Below, piece by piece: positions 13,155 to 26,100 of a stretch of 64,000 bases of DNA. The DNA comes from Octopus bimaculoides (Eukaryota), in NCBI RefSeq assembly GCF_001194135.2, contig NC_068995.1, positions 30,932,617 through 30,996,616 on the forward strand, in the 5' to 3' direction. The first letter of the stretch is position 1, and each line of letters starts with the position of its first letter. Under the pieces are notes generated by a model, which saw only the letters and a program-made list of their open reading frames with translations, was not told where the DNA came from and searched no databases. A program made the position numbers and the translations under genes.

Positions 13155-13310
13155 GCGGTGAGCTTGCAGAATTGTTAGCATGCTGAGTCGTTCTGAGTTC
13201 AAATGTTACCAAGGTCAGTTTTGCCTTTAATCAATAAAATAAGTACCAGCTGAGCACTGGGGTCGATGTAATCGACTTAAACCCTCCACAATCCCCAAAG
13301 AATTTGAAAA
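13155..13310 (+). mobile_element. tRNA-headed SINE, family B
   Basis: GCGGTGAGCTTGCAGAATTGTTAGCA..GAGTTCAAAT..TTGCCTTT..AATAAGTACCAG..CACTGGGGTCGAT. Confidence 0.75.
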
Positions 13311-13406
13311 ACCAATATTTATATCTTTCATTATTATTCCTTGGTGAAAGGTGTAAACATACATACATATGACCATCCAAAATTTGTATCCCCAGGAGGT
13401 CATAGG

Positions 13407-13846
13407 TGTGTGTGTGTACATACATGTATACAGACATGTGTATTTGTTAAGCTTTAACTCTCACTGATACCCTCTAAAAGTTACAACTTGTTTTACGGTC
13501 AGGGGGTCAGTAGCTGAACTACCCTCCACCTCATTCAACTGGATGAAGAAGTGGTGAGGGAATATGCGATAATCTGGTGGCACCTGCCTCTTCTTCGGGT
13601 ACAGTTGGACTTTCACTTCTCTGTGAAATATTCTTCTGCTTATATTTCAAATCTGGTTTGGTGGGTTCCCTCACCACTTCCTCATCCAGTTGAATGATGG
13701 AGTGTAGATGAGGTGGAGGGCAGTTCAGCTACTGACCTCCTGACCATAAGACAAGTTGTATTCTTTAGAGAGTATGTCAGAGTTAGAGCTTAACAAATAC
13801 ACATGTCTGTATACATGTATGTAAACGCACACACACACACACACAC
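13407..13846. repeat. Long inverted repeat (foldback/MITE-like)
   Basis: Arms at about 13407-13562 and 13666-13846 are reverse complements, around a spacer of about 100 nt. Confidence 0.85.
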
Positions 13847-14323
13847 AGTCTGTCTCTCTCTAATGTATTACAAATGATACTTGGAAAAACAAATATATCT
13901 CACAAATTAATTAGAAAGTTCGCAAGAGCAATTAGATTCCAGAGAATAAGTCTATTAATATCCTCAAATGTTAACATTGATCAAATAGATTTATTGATCT
14001 GAGGTCTACACTGCCTTTCCTCCTTTCAGGATCGATAAAATAAAGTAACAGTCAAGTACTAGGATTGATGTAATCAACTTGTCCTGTCCAGTCAAAATTG
14101 TTGGCATTGAATCTTGCAACAGACTGGTCACTTATACATCATAGATCTTGGTCACTTGTATACAATAGGAGCTAAGTATCTGGCCTTCTGAGTGATAGGG
14201 ATTGAGAAAAATTAAAAAAAACACACAAGATGTTGATATCTCAAAGGTTAATATTGATGTCTCAACTTTGAATTGTATGTTTTTTAAAACAACTTGTTTT
14301 CTTTTATTTCCCTCCTGTTGTAG

Positions 14324-14421
14324 CTTTTCCAGCGCTGTTTAATAAAGGTTCTGAATATAGATCTGTGGAAGCTCTACCTCTCATATATAAAGGAAACCAA
14401 GGGAAAGTTGCCTTCTTACAG
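14324..14421 (+). CDS. CSTF3: CstF-77 exon 2/18 ([32 protein letters not shown])
   Basis: tgtag| ... AG|gtaag, 98 nt. Phase-consistent with both neighbours. Confidence 0.96.
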
Positions 14422-14494
14422 GTAAGAAACAAAAATAATTAACAAGTGATTCATAATGAAGTCAATATTATATTTCAAACAAAGGTAGTGAGCT

Positions 14495-14700
14495 AATAAT
14501 ATCGTTAGCATGGCAGGCAAAATGCTTAGCAACATTTTTTGTTTTCCCCCGTGTTCTGAGTTCAAATTCTGCTGAGGTCGACTTTGCATTTCATCCTTTT
14601 GGGCTTGATAAAATAAGCACCAGTTGAACACTGTGGTCGATTTAATTGACTAAGCCACTCCTCAAACTTGCTGGCCTTGTACCAAAATTTGAAACCAATT
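14495..14700 (+). mobile_element. SINE family B
   Basis: GTTCTGAGTTCAAATTCTGCTGAGGTCGACTTTG..GGCCTTGTACCAAAATTTGAAACC. Confidence 0.8.
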
Positions 14701-14899
14701 TTATATTTCAAAAGTGGTGAGTGAATTGTCAGTGATGGTTGTGACAAAGGATTAAATAGATGAGGGAATTACGGAAATGGTAAAATACCAGATTTAATGA
14801 ATGTCTTGAGTTCAAAACCTGACAATCCTGAATTTAACTTTCATTCCTTTGGGTCAATAAAATGGAATGATTGGTGGTCAAACATTGGGATTGATTTAA

Positions 14900-15112
14900 C
14901 CCTTTAGCATGCAGCTTTCCTTGTCAAATATATTGCTTATTTATTCACATTATTTTAAATTAATCATGCATTATCTTGTAGCTTCAAGATTTCAATGGCA
15001 TGTTTGTATATTTTTTGAATGACATTGTAAGGTAGTGTGAGAGGTTGGATTTGGTCAGTTTTAGCATAAAAAAGGTTGAATATTTGGGTTGGATATGGTT
15101 GGATTAAAAGGG
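14900..15112. mobile_element. piggyBac-type MITE
   Basis: TTAA-CCCTTT ... AAAGGG-TTAA, i.e. a TTAA target duplication with CCC/GGG termini. Confidence 0.8.
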
Positions 15113-15467
15113 TTAATTGACTAAAAATCCTCTGTACCAATGGTAGAAATCAGTATTAACCCACTTGAAATCAATGGTAAGTTGGCAGAAATAGCAATTT
15201 CTGGGCTGAATACATTTCATTCTTAATAATTGAGTTTCTTTGGTTCTCAGTTCAAACATTAACTTTGTCCTCCATCCCTCTACAATTGATAAAATAACTT
15301 TTTCTGATATACTGGTTGATTCAGTCCTCTTCTGCTAAAATAAGTTGATTATGGTCAAAATAAATTAATATTCACCATTAAGTTTCATTTAGATAAGTTT
15401 TAGGTCTGAGATATAAGTATGGTTCATATACCCAAATTCCTATATAATCCTAGTCTCCCTACCTTAA

Positions 15468-15689
15468 CCCTTTTGTCACCAGATTTCTGTTGAGATACTT
15501 TGTGTTTCTTTCAATTAATTTTAAATATAACAAAGAATTTAGTAAAATAACTTAGTTATCATTAAGCTAGTGTTAAGAATATAAATTGTGATAAAGGTTT
15601 GGTGGAAGATTTTAATCCAAAACTTATGAAAACAAGACATTTGTATTACAGAGTCAGAGGTAGTTTCAGCCGGGTTGGTGTCAAAAGGG
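15468..15689. mobile_element. piggyBac-type MITE, second family
   Basis: TTAA-CCCTTTTGTCACC ... GGTGTCAAAAGGG-TTAA. Confidence 0.85.
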
Positions 15690-15953
15690 TTAAGTTAACT
15701 GCTATTTATAGAATATTTTATTCCCTTGCGATATCTATTTTACAGCTTTCAGCTGTAAAAACTTAATTTCAATTTACTTTACTTTGACAGTGTATCTCTG
15801 TATTTATCCATGTACCTGGTTGTATATGTGTATGTTTGCCAAATTGTACATTACTTTATTAAGAAAAAAAACCTTACATTATTTTATGATTATAATTTTA
15901 TCATTTGACTAAAAAGGAGTAATAAATATGTCAGTGTTTATTGTATAATGTTA

Positions 15954-17522
15954 CCATAAAAACCCACGTAATTTACACACTTTTTTCTGCAAAAACAAAA
16001 ATAAACTTTAGCCGGTGTGTAAATCACATGACTAGATCGTTTCCAGAATCTCTTAGAAATTTTTTTCCTGAAGAATGACTTACAAATGTAAACATTTGTA
16101 TGGGAAGTTGACTTGTTTAATGTCAGAATAGGTTTTTACAGAAAAAATATAATAAAGTTGACTTTTGTTTATGCTGGACAGCATAATGCTTACTTTTTCT
16201 GTATAAATTTACTAAAATCATTAAATGGTTAACTACTTTTAGAAGTTTGATGTACATACTGGTAATCACAGTCCAGGCTATATTTTACATTGCTTGGAGT
16301 TTCTACCTATCGCAAAGGAGCCCAGCAATTTCCTTAAATAGATCAGTTTTTCTCTGCTTAAGAAGCCTAACTTGCGTTTGCATCCAGGAAGCTATTACTT
16401 ACTTTCTTGGTGTTAGGGCAATGAAATTCATCACCGCCGACATCACCGCTACCAGCTCTTACTGCACCCAATGCCGATGACAACATCATAATTCATCCTT
16501 GTGCATGTAAACTCACTAAGTGAATATGACTTAGCGTTCCTACAGAAACCTTCATTTAACTTATACAATGTTTAATGTCGTTTCACATTCATGTTGAATT
16601 ATGCAGCAATCTTATGTTCTTTTCATAGAATACTTGTAATGTATGTATTACCAGTTCTTTTGGTATAGTATATTTTTGCTATTTTTGTTTATGTTTCTTC
16701 ACAGACGTGTATATTCTAACAAGTCGCTTCATAAATTTTGCACCTCTCTTGTTCAATAAACACTGTGTTAAACTTGCAAAACTGTTTATTTTCTCCTTTC
16801 GATTTTTAATATTTATTTTAGTGGGTTACCAAACTATCATTACTGGCTAAAACAGTAATGACAAATTTTAAAGTTTGCTTGACATTTTATAAGTGTGAAA
16901 GGGATTAAAATTTCGATACTCCATATCAAAGGTTCTGACAAGAATAGACAGAAAATCAGAGCTTGAGACAAGAAAACACTTTCAACCAATGAGAATTCTG
17001 TTTATGTAATCAGTTTGATCGGTCACCTTCCTCTGTCGGTTGAGTAAAGTGTCATTCAAGCTGATGTTTATTGGTAATTAAACTTATTTTGCAACACTTG
17101 TGTGTATTTATCAGCTTTGTTTTTGTTGCTAAGAATTATCAACAACTTTTCCTGTGATCATGATTTGAGAAGACATACTTGAGAAGTATGCTAAAGATCG
17201 GACATAATGTTTTGTGAGCAAGAAATGTAAAATAAAGTTTATTATAAACAACACAAACCCTTTGTAATTTAATAGCTTTCAATGTGATACCTGTTAAACA
17301 GAAATTATTTTTATCTAATGAAAATTTAATAAAACCTAATCATAAGTAAGTGAAATTATGCTAAATACAACTAAATTGAAGATCTTTCCCCTGGCCATAT
17401 CAGCAATTCTGAAAACTTTTGAGTCCGAATTTTACATGAGTAGAACCCTTGTTTTACAATTTTTATCCTGAAAATCACTTGTGTAAATTACACAGGTGCG
17501 CAAATTACATGGGTTTTTATGG
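15954..17522. mobile_element. TA-flanked DNA transposon of about 1.57 kb (Tc1/mariner superfamily, pogo/Tc2-like termini), non-coding remnant
   Basis: TA-CCATAAAAACCCACGTAATTT ... AAATTACATGGGTTTTTATGG-TA. No intact ORF; the subfamily call is an inference. Confidence 0.8.
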
Positions 17523-17583
17523 TAATTAAATTAATGTATTAACTTGTCATCATGTATTGTCTATTAATATTTGTATATTTCAG

Positions 17584-17685
17584 AGAAAAGATGGCCCAAG
17601 CCTATGATTTTGCCTTAGATAAAGTAGGAATGGATATTATGTCATACCAGATTTGGGTTGATTATATAAACTTCTTAAAATCTGT
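17584..17685 (+). CDS. CSTF3: CstF-77 exon 3/18 ([34 protein letters not shown])
   Basis: tttcag| ... GT|gtaagt, 102 nt. Confidence 0.97.
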
Positions 17686-18305
17686 GTAAGTACCCAACTT
17701 TTTAAACTACATAATTTTCATCAAACTTCTTTTTCCAAGTTAATGCTTCTTACATATATATTTTTATATCAGTAATTTTGTACACTCCTAGGGTTGATGT
17801 AATTCTCCAACACCTCCCTGTAAAGTTAGAAACAAGTTGTGTGTGTTCAAATTCTGCTAAGTTCAACTCTACCTTTCATCCTTTTTGGGTCAATAAAATA
17901 AGTACCAGTTGAGCACTGGGGTTGATACAATTGATTAATTCTTCCCACTAATATTACTGGTGATGTGCCAACATTTGAAACTGTTACTATTGATTTTATT
18001 GAGACGGCAGAACTAACAACCATCTTAACTAATCAGTCAATTCAATAAAAAAAATTAATTAAAATTATAACTTGGAACAACTCTAACATAGAGTGGTTCC
18101 TCTTGTGAGGGACAAGTTTGGTGAAAATTGTAGTTTCTTTTTTAATGTGTTGTCACCAATAACATTACTAGCAACTTAACTATTGATCAGAAATACAGCC
18201 TATTAATCAGCCAGGCACACTGTTGTAACCAAGTTATGTACTTTGAAATATTCTTCAATCTAATTAGTACTGACAAAGGTCTTGTGTGTCTGTTTTTTAT
18301 TTCAG

Positions 18306-18432
18306 TGAAGCTGTCGGGTCGTATGCCGAAAACCAACGTATAACAGCAGTTAGGAAAGTCTATCAACGAGGTGTCGTTAATCCAATGATCAATATTGAAT
18401 TGTTATGGAAAGACTATAATCAATATGAAACA
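18306..18432 (+). CDS. CSTF3: CstF-77 exon 4/18 ([42 protein letters not shown])
   Basis: tttcag| ... ACA|gtaagt, 127 nt. Confidence 0.97.
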
Positions 18433-19610
18433 GTAAGTTTAAAGTTTGAATTCCCTCAAACTAAATTGTCGCATACATCTCCAAAGAAGGACTCCATCTC
18501 CTGCCAGCATACAAAATATTTGTTAATTTTTAATTGTACAGTGCTTCCACTATGCTCAATGGTGAGATGTTCTTACCTACTTACAGCTAAACAGACTAGG
18601 CCGTAGACATGGCAGTACACTAACGATAAAATATAAACCACCAAACCATGGATTACTGATACAATAACACTTCCTGGTATAACTGCTCCAGCATGGCCTG
18701 GTTGATGTCATTTTATGTTTGATGTGTTATGCTATTCTACAGAGAGCCACAGGTTTATATATTTAGAGGGTTTTGAGTTCCTGATAAAAGGGTCTATGGT
18801 TTGTATTTTTTCATGGATTCACTGTGTCCATAGCAACAGAGTTTTATAAAGTGACAACACTTTACAACTAGTGATAGCCCATCCCCTTATACTTTCTTAT
18901 TGAATGCTAGATGTGTAATTCTATTTGGTTTGGTCTGTTTGGTCATTTCTGTTACTTCACAGTTGAGCAGTTTTCTGGTGAAGGTCCAGCTATCATCCAG
19001 CTGTTATTGCACTGAAGTGTGTCAGAAATCAAGTTTAAAAAAAACTTTCTCCACCTTTGGTTTTCATTGATGTTCTCTACTACTTTATACCTTACAAGGA
19101 GACTAAACTGCCCATGCCATAAGTTACACTGAATTGCCCATGTGTTATTATGTTGGTTACAAGATTTTCTGAGAGACAATGCACTTAGGAGGTTTGGTTT
19201 CTTTAACTTCCCATTGGACATGTCAGGCTCTTAAAGAGTTCTGGAACATAACAATTGAAACTAATGAAACATAATGTTTTAAAATGTTCATGGAATCTGT
19301 TTACAGTCGAGGACTTAGCCAGTGGGAGTCAAGTGGCTTTTTTCCTCTCGTTGACACAACAGGCAATGAAATCTATTGTATTAATGTATTAAAGGTGGGA
19401 TGGGGTGAGGTAGATCATGAATGATCAAACGCTTTACATCAGTAGTTGTGGTTTCATCACTCGTATGGAGCAATAAATGGAAAATAGTTTTTTAAGAAAA
19501 TTAAAAGCTATCACACAAAATATTCTATTCAGCTGTATCCTTAGAAGGTTTTCTTTTTTGCTTCTAAATTTATTTAAAATTAAACTTGATTTATTTTCAT
19601 TTTATTTCAG

Positions 19611-19769
19611 AATATAAATCCTTTAATTGCTAAAAAGATGTCAGAAGACAGAGGCCGTGATTATATGAATGCACGAAGAGTTGCCAAAGAGTATGAAGCA
19701 GTTACGAGAGGGTTAAACAGGAATTCCCCCTCAGTACCCCCACAAAATACCCCTGAAGAAGCAAAACAG
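19611..19769 (+). CDS. CSTF3: CstF-77 exon 5/18 ([53 protein letters not shown]), ending at a GC donor
   Basis: tttcag| ... CAG|gcaagt, 159 nt. Confidence 0.95.
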
Positions 19770-20772
19770 GCAAGTTGTCTAATTTAGTTCATCATAGCTG
19801 AGAAAGTCATCTGGTTTGGTTCATATGAATAGGAAAATGTGGATTACCCTATGAAATTTAATGGAAATAGTATAAGCCAGACTATTTTTGAGCCACTGAG
19901 GATCTTTATACATAGTTTATATGGCTTTCACAAACTGTTCACCTACCTGTTATCTTAAAAAGAATACCGGAAAAGCTAGTCCTGAATATACTGTGTCTAA
20001 CAAAAATCTAAAACACACACAAAAAAACAAAAAAAAAACAGGTTGGTCGCAGGTAGAATGCTCTATAACAAAAGATCTTTTTTTTTCACAAGATTTCTAA
20101 ATAGGGAATGTCTGGAAGATTTTAATAGTTTTTTTGAGTTCTAGTTTTACATTCCTTTAGTATCTACAGATATATATATGTATTTGTTTTTTCTTTTAAC
20201 CATTATGTTTGCCCAGGTATCCATTTTGACTGCTGTTAAAAAGTTTTATGTGTGAGGTTTAGTGTAAGAGAAATTTAACAGATCATCAGTTTCTTAAATG
20301 AAGAGCTGCATTGACAAATGTAGGGAAAGAAACATAGAGTGAGTGGAAAGATAGACTAAAAAATGTGCTATTTATGATGCTGAATTACCAATATACAGAA
20401 ATAATTTCTTGTTTAGTCTAAACACATAAGTGAATAAGTGATAATGATACAACAACCACCAGGTATTATTGTTACTTCAATAATAAATTTACATACTTAC
20501 AATAATGTAGTTTATTATATGCAGTTTATATTGCAGTTATTTATATGTGAAGACTCTTTAGAATATATCTAAAGTTTCTTTGTAAGTTTGCAGTATTTGA
20601 AGTGTGGAGAATTATTAACAACTGGTGTTTAGGATTAAAGGGGAATTTAGCTTCATTTAAGAAGTTTGGTAGAACAGAATCTATCTGCCTACAGAAACTG
20701 GAGAAAAAAATACCTGTAAGCTTGAGGAAGATTGTAAGTGTGTTGTTCATCAGGATACTGTCTATGTTGCAC

Positions 20773-21017
20773 ATAAGACACCATTTTGAGCGTGGCCGTT
20801 GCCAGTACCGCCTGACTGGCTTTCGTGTGGGTGACACGTAAAAGCACCCACTACACTCTCTGAGTGGTTGGCGTTAGGAAGGGCATCCAGCTGTAGAAAC
20901 TCTGCCAAATTAGATTGGAGCCTGGTGTTGCCATCCGGTTTCACCAGTCCTCAGTCAAATCGTCCAACCCATGCTAGCATGGAAAGCGGACGTTAAACGA
21001 TGATGATGATGATGATG
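20773..21017 (+). mobile_element. (GAT)n-tailed retroposon 3' end, young copy
   Basis: CpG-intact sequence ending ..CCATGCTAGCATGGAAAGCGGACGTTAAAC(GAT)n. Near-identical to the copies at 40959 and 63690. Confidence 0.85.
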
Positions 21018-21859
21018 TTGTCAGTGTGAATGGAATGAATTGGGTTATTATCTGAGAAAGGTCTTCTGGGAATATGTTAGTATTTTGTGTGAAATGGACA
21101 ATATAATAAAGAGAAACAACTTAACCAGTTGCAAAGAGTGAAATCTGTTAATAGTCTAGTTGATAGGATGCTGGAAACCCAACTGAGGGATCAGGTGTTA
21201 GCTTTGTACTGTGTCCCTTAACAACTCTAGTCCCCTTGGTTGCAGATTGGAATGGATCATTGCTGTAGACAGTGGTAGCAATATAAAATTGATGAGTGTT
21301 AAAGTTAGATATTGCAATAAGGCTTGGGTCATTTTAGATTTCTTTCAACTGTGTGACCAAATTTATCCAGTTATTTACAAGTTTATCAATAAAATATAGT
21401 ATTGTTGGCAAGAAATTACTAATGTTATTACTAGACAGGTATGAAGTTCACTTTGCAACCACTTAGTTTCAGGTTCAATCCGACTGTGTGGCACTTTGGA
21501 CAATGTCTTTTACTTTAATCTTAGATTGACCGATACCTTGTAAGTAGAATATAGTAAATAATAGATGAACTGCTCAACTAAACCATTAAAGTTGCTGCTT
21601 AGGCTTGACCACAGTTTAATAACTGAAATAAATGAAAGAATAAATCAATTGAAGATTCTACATAAAACATCCCAAGCTCTATTGTGGGTCCCAAGGTGTT
21701 AAGTCAAGGAAGGAGCCTTGTCTTTATCTTCTCCAGATCCTTTACTGAGAATTAAACCTACCACAGTAAACTAATAAAATACTTGTCAGTTACAGTGTGC
21801 TACCACTGTTTACTGTGATGAATTGTACCTCCCAATAGTTACTGACAAGGAAATAAATA

Positions 21860-23074
21860 TTGGATCATCCCATAAATAATGTGGTTTTTTCAATTGCATG
21901 AACTAAAAGTTAGAGGGCAACGGGATAAGCAACCTGCATCAACTTGCTATAAAAGCAGATAGTAATTTTACCTTGTCCTTATTCTTAGTGCAAGTTTTGA
22001 AGAGTACAGTTCGATTTTAAGTTATTTTTTCAAAGCTATATTTTGCTTTACGAGTTCAAGAAAGGCAACAACGCAATGGAAAGTGCGAGGAATATTAATA
22101 CAGTATATGAGGATCAGACAATGTAAGCCAGTGTCAACGGTGGTTCCAGAAATTTTGAGCTGGAAACTACAGCCTAGAAGACGAGCCTCATCCTGGAAGA
22201 TCTGTAGAACTTGACGAGGATATCCTGCATACCCCATTGTAACTGTTGGGGAACTAGCAGAGAAGCTTGCATTTGGTTATTCAAGCATTACCGATACCTG
22301 CGTGCCATCGGAAAAGTCAGCAAATTGGGTCAATGGGTTCCTCACAAACTTTCCGATTTTAATTGCTTGCAGGAAGTGAATGTGTGCTCTTCTTTGCTGT
22401 TACGCCTCACAAATAGACCTTTTTTGGACCGAATAGTAACTTGTGATGAGAAATGAGTTCTCAGTAAAAATGTCAAGTGCCAAAGACACCGACATCCCAG
22501 GCTAAAAAAAGAAGAAACACCGACATCCCAGGCTAAAGAAAGTCTTCATCCATGTAAGGTGTTGTTGTCTGTTTGGTGAGATATGAAAGCTTTAGTTCAC
22601 TTTGAACTTTTAAACCCAAACCAAATGATAACAAAGGAGATCTACTGTGAGCAGCTTGAGCGGCTTAAGTCAGCACTAGAAGAAAAGTGACCATCTTTGG
22701 TTTCAAGACGAAAGGTTTTCTTCCATACAGTGAGGATAACATTCCAAAGGCTGGAGCAGTTTAAATGGGAAACGATGCCCCACCCACCATATTCGCTGGA
22801 CATTGCTGCATCTGATTATCATTTATTTCACGATCTTCAAAATCATTTTGGACGGAAAAAATATGACGAGGTCAGAACAGTACTGGAGGAGTATTTTTCA
22901 TCACGGACAAGTGAATTTTGGAAGAGGAGCCTTGCAACTCTACCAGATAGATGGAAAAGCATTCGTAGAAAATGGAGGAGAGTATATTTCAGATTGAAAA
23001 AGAACTTTGTTTATCTTAATTTTGAAAAATAAAAAGAAGTATAAAAAAGACGCATTATTTATGGGATGACCCAA
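21860..23074 (+). mobile_element. Full-length mariner transposon with a dead transposase
   Basis: TA-TTGGATCATCCCATAAATAATG ... CATTATTTATGGGATGACCCAA-TA. Peptides include WVPHKL, RIVTCDEK and HPPYSLDIAASDYHLF. Confidence 0.93.
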
Positions 23075-23344
23075 TACCATTACGAAATACAAGTAGAGCA
23101 ACACTTGACCAGTTAGAAGTAGCAGCTAAATTTCCTTTATATCACACTGCATTGCCTTAAATGTAGGGCAAGTTGGATTATATGGTCCTAAAATATAATG
23201 GTTGAAGAAAGGATGGTCGTGGCTGGAATGGCTTTGATCATAGAGCTAATTAATCAAGTCTGACTTGGGGCTTGATGACTACAACCAATATCAAAGACTA
23301 AACAACAAGAACCAATACCAAAGGATCCAGAAAAACTGACCTTA

Positions 23345-23565
23345 TGAGTCTAGCCAGTTTCCCCAGATTCTGTGGCATATATACTCCCTTCCTGGACAGG
23401 ATGCTGATGTGTCACAGGATTGCTCCTTTTTTTCAGCCAAGTGGACTGGAGCAACATGAAATTAAGTGTTTTGCTCAAGAACACAATGCATTGCCTGATC
23501 CAGGAATCAAAACCACAATCTTACAATCATGAGTCTAACACCCTAACCACTAAGCCATGTGCCTC
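23345..23565 (-). mobile_element. tRNA-headed SINE, family D
   Basis: Reverse complement of GTGGAGGCACATGGCTTAGTGGTTAGGGTG.., the head seen at 26680. Confidence 0.7.
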
Positions 23566-23787
23566 CACAACTATCAATATAGATATACTGAATACATCAA
23601 TAATAGGAAACTATAAATCATTCGCTTTTGGTCTGTAGGTGACCCCCTTCCCTGTCTGCTCCCAATTGACCTCACCCAGCTCCCAGTCCACACTGAAGTA
23701 AAGAGGAATAAATCTCCTGTTTCAATTTTTTTTTGTTAATTTTTTTTTTCAGTTTGTTGTATTGTGATATATTTTTCTCTATTTTAG

Positions 23788-23869
23788 GTTGAACTCTGGA
23801 AACGTTATATAGCTTGGGAGAAAAGTAATCCTTTACGGACTGAGGATCATGCATTAATTACAAGACGCG
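23788..23869 (+). CDS. CSTF3: CstF-77 exon 6/18 (VELWKRYIAWEKSNPLRTEDHALITRR)
   Basis: attttag| ... G|gtaggt, 82 nt. Confidence 0.96.
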
Positions 23870-25169
23870 GTAGGTAGCTTTGAGTCATTTTGTAATAAAA
23901 TTGAAAGAATTTTGATATTTATATCATTACATGTCATTTCCATATATTTGATCTGTGAAGGCCAGAACTGGTCTTATTCCTGGCTCTGTTTAAAGTACCA
24001 CTCTGAGTTGGAACTAGTCATCTTTAGAATGTGTATTAATAGTAATAAGGCTGTTATTCACCTTGTCCACAGACTTATCTACTAGGTTCTTAGTTCAAAT
24101 CCAGCCTGGTATTGTGTACATCTAGGATAAGATACCTGTTGATGACTAGAGATCAAGCTGAAACATACCTCTTCTTCTACTTCCTCTCCTACCTCCCCTC
24201 CCCCTTCCCTCTGGAGGGATTGCCTTATCTTGAACAAAATTAAAGGGATCTGTCTCTACTCATTTGCCAACCATTTTACTGAATCTCAAACCTGGGTGGA
24301 CTTCAGTTGTAAATCTTTTATAAAATTGTTCACACCATTATCTATCATATTTACAGATGTAGGTTTGAGTCCTACAGGCAACCTTCAACTTTTTCTATCC
24401 AAGAGAGTTTTTCAACTCAATATTTACTTGCAATTATTTATAACATTATTTATATCAAGTTTCACTGTTAAAAATGGTTTTAAAAAATTATAACTTAGTA
24501 ACAAAACAAACAAAAAGTTTTTTTCATTTAAAAAAAATATTGTTTTCTTTAAATTTATGAATGTATTTTTTGTATCCAAAAGCTGTTTTTAATTGGTTGA
24601 GTTGATAGAATGTCGATCAAATAACTGAACTGTTTTATCCTGCCCTTGGTTCCTTCTACTCACATCATATCACTTCTCATATTTACTGTCCCTCTTTCAG
24701 ACCCTTGATTTTCTCATCATAGATTTGCTCAATGAGAACAACAATCCTATCTCTTTCTGTTTGTTTGTCTCTGTCTCTCTGTGCTTCTCTCACATTACTG
24801 ATCTGGGACTTAATAATACCAGTTGTGTCTCACATCCCAGACTCTACACCAGTGTTTCTTTCCCAGAACTAGGTATATTGACCTACAGCTGTTCAAACTG
24901 AACATATCTACATTGGTCTCACCAATGCAGGAAAATTTGTAAAACCCATGGACACCCCTCCATCCTCATCCTGTTTTGTAATGTATATTCCTATATACTT
25001 CTATTCCTATATGTTCTTCTTACAGTGTTTTTCCCTTTCTTTCTCTCTCTCTGTTCCATCACTCATGTTTGCCTATGAGCAATGTCTTTTGTGTCTGTAT
25101 ATCTATATTCCTATATATCTGTTTTCTTTTATGTACCTATATTCCTCTCTTCTTTCTCTGTTCCTCCAG

Positions 25170-25279
25170 TAATGTTTGCCTATGAGCAATGTCTTTTATG
25201 CCTTGGCCATCACCCAGATATTTGGTATGAAGCTGCATCTTTTCTGGAACAAAGTAGTAAGCTCCTCACAGAAAAGGGG
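25170..25279 (+). CDS. CSTF3: CstF-77 exon 7/18 ([37 protein letters not shown])
   Basis: cctccag| ... GGG|gtaagt, 110 nt. Confidence 0.96.
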
Positions 25280-25419
25280 GTAAGTTTTTAATTGGTTATT
25301 TAATTAATATAAAGAGATGTTAATTAGATTGAGGTGTCAATGAGAGATGCAGGTTGAAGTCCATGCCAGTCGTTGACATTTTAATCTCCCATATAGTCTA
25401 TATATTTACACTGTCACTT

Positions 25420-26100
25420 TATTCCAATGTTAACATAGATTATTACTAATGTAGCTCTCTGCTGTTAACAGAGATTATTATTAATATATCCTTCTGCTGT
25501 CATAGATTGTTACTAATGTATCCCTACATGAGAGAAGTTTTTAACTGAAATTCCTTCAGTCTGCAGAGAAATATTTCTTATGACAGATGAATTCCAGTAA
25601 GAGCTCATAGTAAGTAAAACTTGCGGCATGGTTTCAATACATATATATTAGTTTATCATTTGTGTAGTAAGCTATGAAATTCTTACATTCTCTCAATTTC
25701 CTGTAATTCAGACTGCCTTATAGTCCCAGCAGACTGAATGGGAAAGTCGCTGCCCTGGAGGATGGTGGGGGAGATGCACTGGAACAACCACTCTGACTCA
25801 CAGGGCTTGCACTTTGGATAGCCATCTCTGCGCAGATAGCAGTGAGCAGGGATATGGTCCAGGATCTGAGAATGCTGGATGACTCTACAGCCACGGGCTT
25901 GACCCATCAGAGAGTGACTGTTACCATAGATTATTTCTAATGTATCCCTCTACTATCATAGGTTATTACTAGTGCACCTATCCGCTGTCATTTATTATTA
26001 CTAATTTATTGCTCTGCCATTGTTGAAATAGACTTTTACTAATATATCTCTCCACTGTTAAGATACATTATTACATATGTATCCTTACACTGTCACTTTT
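25420..26100. repeat. Degenerate minisatellite (about 32-35 bp unit) interrupted by unrelated sequence
   Basis: Recurring CTGTCATAGATTATTACTAATGTATCCCT variants at about 25420-25530 and 25915-26100. Confidence 0.65.
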
